A stretch of DNA of 64,000 nucleotides from Phycisphaerales bacterium (lineage in GTDB: Bacteria; Planctomycetota; Phycisphaerae; SM23-33): positions 19,055 through 83,054 of the forward strand of contig JABGPZ010000069.1 of NCBI GenBank assembly GCA_018644725.1, given 5' to 3'. This document shows positions 58,221 to 64,000 of this stretch, piece by piece. Each line of letters starts with the position of its first letter. Within the stretch, counting starts at the first letter, position 1. The position numbers and the translations under genes are program-made. The notes under the pieces are model-generated. The model had not been told where the DNA came from. It was given only the letters and a program-made list of their open reading frames with translations, and did no database searches.

Positions 58221-58251
58221 AAAAAAAGCCCCGGAAGACCGGGGCTTTTTT
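58221..58251. terminator. Bidirectional rho-independent terminator
   Basis: AAAAAAAGCCCCGG-aaga-CCGGGGCTTTTTT. Confidence 0.7.
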
Positions 58252-58267
58252 GTGATTGCGTGTCGCG

Positions 58268-60481
58268 TTATTTGCTCTTAAGAATCAGGCTCTTGGCTTG
58301 ATCGCTGGAGAGATTCATCGCGCCGAGGAGTTGGGCGGATGCTTCGTAGAGCTTGCCGCCTTTGGGGCTTGCGATCATGTCGACCAAGGCGTCTGTCTGG
58401 GCGCGCTTGGCCATGTTGGCGAAGCGTTGGATCGAGCTCGTAGCGGCTTTGCAGGCAGCGATGCGAACTTCAGTTTCATCGGCCCGCAGAGCGAGTCGGA
58501 TGATGGCCTGTTGGGCGGATGGGCTATTGATTGTGGCGAGGGCCTTGGCGGCTGCGATTTGCAGGTCAGGCTCGTATTCGTTGTTCGACGCACCCACGAG
58601 CGACCCGAGGGCCCGCTTGGTGTTATAGATCGTCGGACGCTTGCCTGTTTCGGCAATGGCGTTGGTGGCGCGGATGGCCCATGCGATGGCTTTGCCTTCG
58701 GGGAGGGGTTTGCCCACGGCGATTTTGACCACTGCAGCGAGTCCCTTGGCGACGGCGGCGCTGGAGAGGTTCCCCGGGGCAAGAAGGACCATTTTTCCAT
58801 CCTTACGGGCGAAAGCGCGCGCCTGGGGCGTGGCTTTGCAGGCAAGGATGGGGGTGTAGGCGAAGGTGAGGCTCGGGCGCATCAGGCGCGTGACGGCGTC
58901 GTGTTCCACGGCGGGGCCGGTGACGACGACGTCGACGCCGGGGGCCTGGGTCGCGGTGACGATCAGCTTACTGAGGTCGGACGCTTCGACGACTTCGTAG
59001 CCTGCGTCGCGGATCGCGGCCTTGAGGGTGTTGCGGTTGGTTTGGTCATTGGTGACCAGCAGACAGTACTTCTTGCCGCGCTGGCGAATGGCGCTCGCCA
59101 AGATCGGTATCACGGAGTTCGAACCGGGGAAGTGCTTGGTGGGCATGGCCGTCGCGAGCGTTTCGGCCGCGAGGTATTGCACTGTCCGTTCGGGGTAGAG
59201 CAAGGCATCGACGAGGGGCTGGGTGCCGCACGGCAGGGGCTTGGTCAGCGCCGAGGCGCCGGTGGTCTTGCCGAGGGACGTGATGATCGCCTTGACCAGC
59301 GGGACATCGGCATCCTTCATCGCGCGCGTCAGTGCCTGCAGGAGGTACTGCGGGCTGGCGGAGAGGCGGTAGAACGCGGCTTTGGGTTTATTGCTGCCCC
59401 AGAGCGGGTCGGTCTTGCCCGAGGGGAGATACAGTTCGCGGCGGCTGAGCGCGCAGAGCCACACCGGCACGGCCGAGGAAAGCTTGGCGTTGTACTTCAG
59501 TGCCAACCGGGCCATCCGCATTGCGTAGATGTCGCAGAGGATTTCGTTGGGGACGGGGGTCTGGATCAGGCCCGTTCCGGTTTTCCAATCCCACACAAAC
59601 GCGCGGGGGAAGCGTGCGTCGGGCTGGAGGGAGTCGTCTTTGTTGTAGTACTTCACGGCCTGCTGGTAGAACAGCGAGGCAGCGGGGGTACTGGCGAGGC
59701 TAACCCTGGAGGGGCTGCAATTTTTGATTGCGATGCGGACGGCGTTGACGGCCGAGGCGGGGAGGTCCTTGCGGAGCAGAGCTTCACGCAGGCGCGGCAG
59801 AGCGGCGGGGTACTCCAGTTCGCCCAAGGTGCTGGCCATGATCTCGACGATCTTGGTGTCCTTGGAAAGAAGCGCGGCCGAGTAGGCACGCACGGCTTGG
59901 TGGCCCATGCCGGGCAACGACAGAATGATCCGCTGGCGAAGCATCGCCGGGGTGTCGGTTTTGAGGAGGTACTGCACCAGCAGCGGGATGGCGTATTCGC
60001 CGGATTCTTTCAGGCGGCGCTTGCCGACTTCCAGACCGCGAAGGCTACCACCGATCATGCGGATGGAGTTCTCGATTTCCGTGGGGTCGCTGCGCCAGGC
60101 AATGTACCCTTTTTCAATGGACTTGAGGAACTTCGTCGCGAGGGGCTTGAGGGCCTTGATCTTGCTTGCACGTTGGAGGGTTTCCAGAGTGCGCGGACGC
60201 TCGATCGTCAGCAGGTAAAGCTCCTTGGGCTTTGTGCCCGAGTCCAAGATGGCCTGCCCATCACTCTCGGCCTTGGTGACGTTGGCCGTGTTGATGTAGT
60301 GAAGGAAGTCGTCCCAGTTGTTAAGCAGGGTCGGCTTGGCGCTTAGGGCTGCTCGGGCATTTTTTGCCGCAAGTGCTGCGCGTTCGGCCAAAGGATTGTC
60401 AGAATCCTGTGCGAGGACAGGACAGGTCAAGGCGGCCACACAAAGTGCCGCCACGAGGCGAGGCGTCGTCATCAATTTCAT
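58268..60481 (-). CDS. Secreted HEAT/PBS-lyase-like repeat protein (737 aa)
   Basis: Signal peptide MKLMTTPRLVAALCVAALTCPVLAQ. Repeated helical units (AIPLLVQYLLKTD...AVRAYSAALL). GGGAGA SD. Confidence 0.55.
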   Translation of the reverse strand: MKLMTTPRLVAALCVAALTCPVLAQDSDNPLAERAALAAKNARAALSAKPTLLNNWDDFLHYINTANVTKAESDGQAILDSGTKPKELYLLTIERPRTLETLQRASKIKALKPLATKFLKSIEKGYIAWRSDPTEIENSIRMIGGSLRGLEVGKRRLKESGEYAIPLLVQYLLKTDTPAMLRQRIILSLPGMGHQAVRAYSAALLSKDTKIVEIMASTLGELEYPAALPRLREALLRKDLPASAVNAVRIAIKNCSPSRVSLASTPAASLFYQQAVKYYNKDDSLQPDARFPRAFVWDWKTGTGLIQTPVPNEILCDIYAMRMARLALKYNAKLSSAVPVWLCALSRRELYLPSGKTDPLWGSNKPKAAFYRLSASPQYLLQALTRAMKDADVPLVKAIITSLGKTTGASALTKPLPCGTQPLVDALLYPERTVQYLAAETLATAMPTKHFPGSNSVIPILASAIRQRGKKYCLLVTNDQTNRNTLKAAIRDAGYEVVEASDLSKLIVTATQAPGVDVVVTGPAVEHDAVTRLMRPSLTFAYTPILACKATPQARAFARKDGKMVLLAPGNLSSAAVAKGLAAVVKIAVGKPLPEGKAIAWAIRATNAIAETGKRPTIYNTKRALGSLVGASNNEYEPDLQIAAAKALATINSPSAQQAIIRLALRADETEVRIAACKAATSSIQRFANMAKRAQTDALVDMIASPKGGKLYEASAQLLGAMNLSSDQAKSLILKSK

Positions 60482-60672
60482 GGTGTCTCCCGAAATCTAT
60501 GCGGTTGCAGGGATTGGGCTATGTACAGGTCTTGAATGTATCGGATTGACCCTACGGGTGTCAATAGAATATGGCAATTCTGGCGGAATTTTCCCAATTT
60601 GTTACTTTGACCGGAGTTGTCCGAAAGGTACCCACTGGGGAGTTTGGCCCTTCCAATGGGGGCGGCCGGTGC

Positions 60673-62130
60673 TTACCAGTTGGATTTGAACGGTTTGGTC
60701 GAGGTTTCTTTGCGTACGGGGCCCGTCGCCGGGCGATAGACTTCCGTTGCCCGTCGAATGGCTTGGAGGATGAAGTCCTGGGGGGTCTGGATGATCGCGC
60801 GTTTGTAGAGCTTCTGGAAATACTCTCCCTGAAGTTTGGAGTATTGTTCTTCGCGCAACAGGGTTTCGATTTCTCCCTGGGCATCTTCAAAGGACGTGAC
60901 GACACCGCCTTCGGTGGCGACGGTTCGGACCATGTACAGCCCGTTGGGTTCCTCAATCACGTCGCTGATGGCGTTTTTGGGTTGGGTGAAGGCGGCCGCT
61001 TCGACTTTCTCTTCGGCCTTGTTGCCCTTGGCCATCATCGGCCAGATGCCCCCATCGGTTTTGCGCGGGCCGAAGGAATATTCCTTCACGACCTTGGTGA
61101 AGTCTACACCCCCAGCGAGGGTAGCGCTGGCCTTTTTCATGTGGGCGCGGGCTTTGGCTTTGGCGGTGGCGAGGTCCTTGGATTCGTCGGAGTCTATGCG
61201 GGGCAGGAACGATTTGTAATCCACCACCAGCACCTGCATCTGTACTTTTTTGTCGGAGGTGAATTTGGTCTGGTTCGTCGTGTAGTAGCGCCACAGGGTC
61301 CGGCGGTTGACGACGATCCTGGGGGAAAATTTGCCCTGGAGATACATCCGCACGGTCATCGCGCGGTTTTGTACACCCATCAGCGCGTCGAGGGTGGTCC
61401 CTTCGGCGATGCACTTTTGACGGAGTCGCGCGATCGAGCCGGACTTGGCGATCATCTCGCGGCGGACTTTGGTGAGTTCGTTCTGGATGTAGGCCTTGAC
61501 GTGGTCTTCGAGGCGATCTTTCGCTTCGGCATAGACCAGACGTTGCTGGATGTCGTAGGCCATTTTCTTGCGGATGATTTCGGCCGACCGGGCGGTAAAC
61601 GCGTCGCCGACGACGTTGTTGGGCACGGCCGCGAGTTCCATGTGCAACCCTTCGAGGATGTCCTCGACGGTGAGAATCTGGTGGTTGACGCGCATGGTTG
61701 CCCCGCCGATGATGCGCGTGTTGGGCGCGGCGGTGGGGGCTGCAGAGGCGATGCCCGGCTTCGGCTCGGACGCGGCTGCATCCGTGGCGGTCGGTTGGGA
61801 CTCTTTGGTGCGGCGGCGCAGATTGCGCAGGGAGATCGGGTCTTTGGAGGTCTCGGCGATGCGGCGCAGATCATTGCTGGACGTTTCCACAATGCCGTTG
61901 GCGTCGAAGGCGCGATTGAGCTCGTCAGGGCTTTGGCGTCGGGCCATGCGAATCACGGCGGGGGTCTCGCCCGAGTTCTTGTTGCCGCCCGGGACGCGGG
62001 TGGCGTGTATCGGGCGAATAATGCCATCGCCTGTGTTTCCGTCGGGTGTGGCGAGACGGGATTCGGTATCGGGGCAGCCGACGAGAATCGTCAAGCCAAC
62101 CAGGCAGCAATAGAGTGCTGTATGTTTCAT
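60673..62130 (-). CDS. SurA/PpiD-like lipoprotein with parvulin-type PPIase domain
   Basis: Lipobox LVGC. AAGGAG SD before the ATG at 62130. C-terminal parvulin-like segment (FGPRKTDGGIWPMMAKGNKAEEKVEAAAFTQPKNAISDVIEEPNGLYMVRTV). Confidence 0.6.
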   Translation of the reverse strand: MKHTALYCCLVGLTILVGCPDTESRLATPDGNTGDGIIRPIHATRVPGGNKNSGETPAVIRMARRQSPDELNRAFDANGIVETSSNDLRRIAETSKDPISLRNLRRRTKESQPTATDAAASEPKPGIASAAPTAAPNTRIIGGATMRVNHQILTVEDILEGLHMELAAVPNNVVGDAFTARSAEIIRKKMAYDIQQRLVYAEAKDRLEDHVKAYIQNELTKVRREMIAKSGSIARLRQKCIAEGTTLDALMGVQNRAMTVRMYLQGKFSPRIVVNRRTLWRYYTTNQTKFTSDKKVQMQVLVVDYKSFLPRIDSDESKDLATAKAKARAHMKKASATLAGGVDFTKVVKEYSFGPRKTDGGIWPMMAKGNKAEEKVEAAAFTQPKNAISDVIEEPNGLYMVRTVATEGGVVTSFEDAQGEIETLLREEQYSKLQGEYFQKLYKRAIIQTPQDFILQAIRRATEVYRPATGPVRKETSTKPFKSNW

Positions 62131-62317
62131 GTAGATCGCTCCTTGAGGTAGTCCCGCAGTGCGGGCGTGCAATTATACCATCCCCACAGATTTCGGCAAT
62201 GGCGAAATTGTGGTGGAATGGTGCAATTGTCCTGTTTTTTTAACGTTTACACTAGTACAATCGGCGATCCGCATGGAACAGATGAACTGAAATCTGACAC
62301 TTTAAAAGGAAAACACG

Positions 62318-63892
62318 ATGAAACGAACCCTTCTTTATGTAGTAGCAGTGGTCGCGCTGGTTTCACCGATGGCCTCGGCCGAGATCACCATGCCCCCGAT
62401 CTTCGGCGACAACATGGTCCTCCAGCAAAACGGTGCGCGCGTTTTCGGCACGGCTGCGCCTGGGACGAGTGTCACGGTTGAGATGAAGGCATCGACCGAC
62501 GGCAAGGCTGCAGCCTGTTCTGCCGCGACGAGCGTTGGCAAGGACGGCAAGTGGTGCGTCGAGGTCAAGACACCCAAGTCGGCCGGGATGACTTGGACGG
62601 TGACCGTGAAGGAAAACAAGACACTCGCCAAGACGTTCAAGAATGTTCTCCTCGGCGAGGTTTGGATTTGCAGCGGACAGAGCAATATGTTTTGGCCGCT
62701 GTCAAAATCTGCTGGTGGGAAACAAGCGGCAGGCGAGGCGGCCGACGACCAGTTGCGCCTGATTCTGATTCCGCTGACATGTGAAGACGAACCGCAAACC
62801 ACCCACGGCGGATCGTGGGCAGCAGCCAGCCCGAAGACCACACACAATTTTTCGGCCGTGGGCTATCACTATGGCTGTGAACTCCGCAAGCGCTACAAGT
62901 GCCCGATTGGCCTGATTCAATCGGCTTGGGGCGGCAGTCGCTGCGAAGCGTGGATCACCACAGAGGGGCTCATCAAGGGCGGCTTCGAGAAAAAGTATAT
63001 CACCGACTTTGAAACCGCGTTCGCCAAGGCCAGGCCCGAACTGCCCCGCCAGATGGAACTCTACAAGAGCAAGTGCGCCAGTTACAGAGGGCGCAAAAGA
63101 AGGGGCCAGTTGGAGAAGGGCGAGGGCTGGCCTAAAAAGCCGTGGGGATCCACGTTACAGCATCGGCCTCGTCGACTCTACAACGGGATGATCCATCCCA
63201 TCGTTCCGCTGAAAGTCGCTGGTGTGATTTGGTATCAGGGCGAATCGAACACGCGGAGCATGGGAGATGCCAAGGAATACGCCACGCTCTTCCCGGTGAT
63301 GATCAATGACTGGCGCCGCGTGTTCAAGAATGACAAGATGAAATTTCTGTGGGCCCAACTCGCGAACTTCAAGAAATCTCAGACGCTCCCAGCCGAGACG
63401 GACCATTCCTGGGCCGAGTTGCAGTTCAGCCAGACCGCGACGTTGACGCTCTCGTTGACCGGCCAAGCCGTCATCAGCGACATCGGCATGGGCCAGAACG
63501 TTCATCCGAAAAACAAGCTCGATGTCGCCAAACGCCTCGCCGCCATCGAAGAACGCCTCGTGAAAGATCCCAAATGCAAATACCGCTCCACGGGCCCGAT
63601 GCTGGTGGCAGAGGATTGCAAGTTTGCTGACGGGAAGACGACGTTGAAGTTCGCAGTGGTTGGCGAGGGTCTCAAGGTTCGCGGCGATGGCAAACTCAGA
63701 GGGTTCTCGGTTTGCGGAAAAGATGGCAAGTGGACCTGGGCCACTGCAGAAATTACTGGCAAGGACACCGTTGAGGTCACCGCACCCGAGGGCGTGACGA
63801 TTGCGCGTGTCTGCTACAATTGGGCAGACAACCCCGTCGGCAACCTGACTGACTCCCTTGGCCACCCGGCTGGACTGTTCCGAACGAAATAA
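62318..63892 (+). CDS. Sialate O-acetylesterase (SASA/DUF303, SGNH-like carbohydrate esterase)
   Basis: Signal peptide. GEVWICSGQSNM catalytic Ser motif. GESN and WYQGESN motifs typical of the sialic acid-specific 9-O-acetylesterase family. Confidence 0.75.
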   Translation: MKRTLLYVVAVVALVSPMASAEITMPPIFGDNMVLQQNGARVFGTAAPGTSVTVEMKASTDGKAAACSAATSVGKDGKWCVEVKTPKSAGMTWTVTVKENKTLAKTFKNVLLGEVWICSGQSNMFWPLSKSAGGKQAAGEAADDQLRLILIPLTCEDEPQTTHGGSWAAASPKTTHNFSAVGYHYGCELRKRYKCPIGLIQSAWGGSRCEAWITTEGLIKGGFEKKYITDFETAFAKARPELPRQMELYKSKCASYRGRKRRGQLEKGEGWPKKPWGSTLQHRPRRLYNGMIHPIVPLKVAGVIWYQGESNTRSMGDAKEYATLFPVMINDWRRVFKNDKMKFLWAQLANFKKSQTLPAETDHSWAELQFSQTATLTLSLTGQAVISDIGMGQNVHPKNKLDVAKRLAAIEERLVKDPKCKYRSTGPMLVAEDCKFADGKTTLKFAVVGEGLKVRGDGKLRGFSVCGKDGKWTWATAEITGKDTVEVTAPEGVTIARVCYNWADNPVGNLTDSLGHPAGLFRTK

Positions 63893-63932
63893 CAACTCAG
63901 ATCAAATCTTCTATTCCCCAAAGGAAAATACG

Positions 63933-64000
63933 ATGAAACGAACCCTTTTTTATGTAGTAGCGCTGGTCGCGCTGGTTTCGCCGGTGGCCTCGGCCGAGAT
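63933..64000 (+). CDS. Second sialate O-acetylesterase paralog (5' end only, continues beyond the window)
   Basis: The first 68 nt are nearly identical to the start of the upstream gene (MKRTLFYVVALVALVSPVASAEI), with the same AAAGGAAAAyACG RBS context. Confidence 0.6.
   Translation, partial: MKRTLFYVVALVALVSPVASAE

Overview
The window is a 64 kb, high-GC (about 58-62% by eye) bacterial chromosomal segment. A PilE/GspG-like pseudopilin, Tat/lipoprotein signal peptides, PSCyt-like and prenyltransferase-repeat secreted proteins, many sulfatase and sialate-esterase type genes and 'ATGA' coupled overlaps suggest a Planctomycetota-like genome. Pervasive long antisense ORFs from the six-frame track are treated as GC artefacts. 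About 50 protein genes are supported. Housekeeping: rpoD, dnaX, tRNA-Ala(CGC), tRNA-Cys(GCA), pyrH-frr, a trxB-pyrD operon, lysA, ilvBN, and the C-terminal end of a squalene-hopene cyclase. Accessory modules: a TetR plus three-component RND efflux operon, arsR-arsP and a separate arsC, a CDF transporter, a Doc/AbrB-type toxin-antitoxin pair in a lower-GC patch, and a long minus-strand polysaccharide/envelope cluster (two GT4 glycosyltransferases, a flippase, a methyltransferase, a DMT transporter, an RDD protein, a lipoprotein). Also present: a MoxR AAA+ / HGD-D-like / thioesterase operon, and a response regulator-GHKL / radical SAM-SPASM (AhbD/NirJ-like) / PQ-loop micro-operon, with a fused AhbA/AhbB-like siroheme decarboxylase about 15 kb away. 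The window ends with tandem duplicated sialate O-acetylesterases. No CRISPR array, integrase or transposase was seen. The most unusual non-coding features are a hairpin-dense AT-rich intergenic region at 48.9-49.2 kb next to the CDF and arsC genes, and a 220-nt AT-rich island at 54.5-54.8 kb. All domain calls are from motif recognition by eye and are not database-verified.
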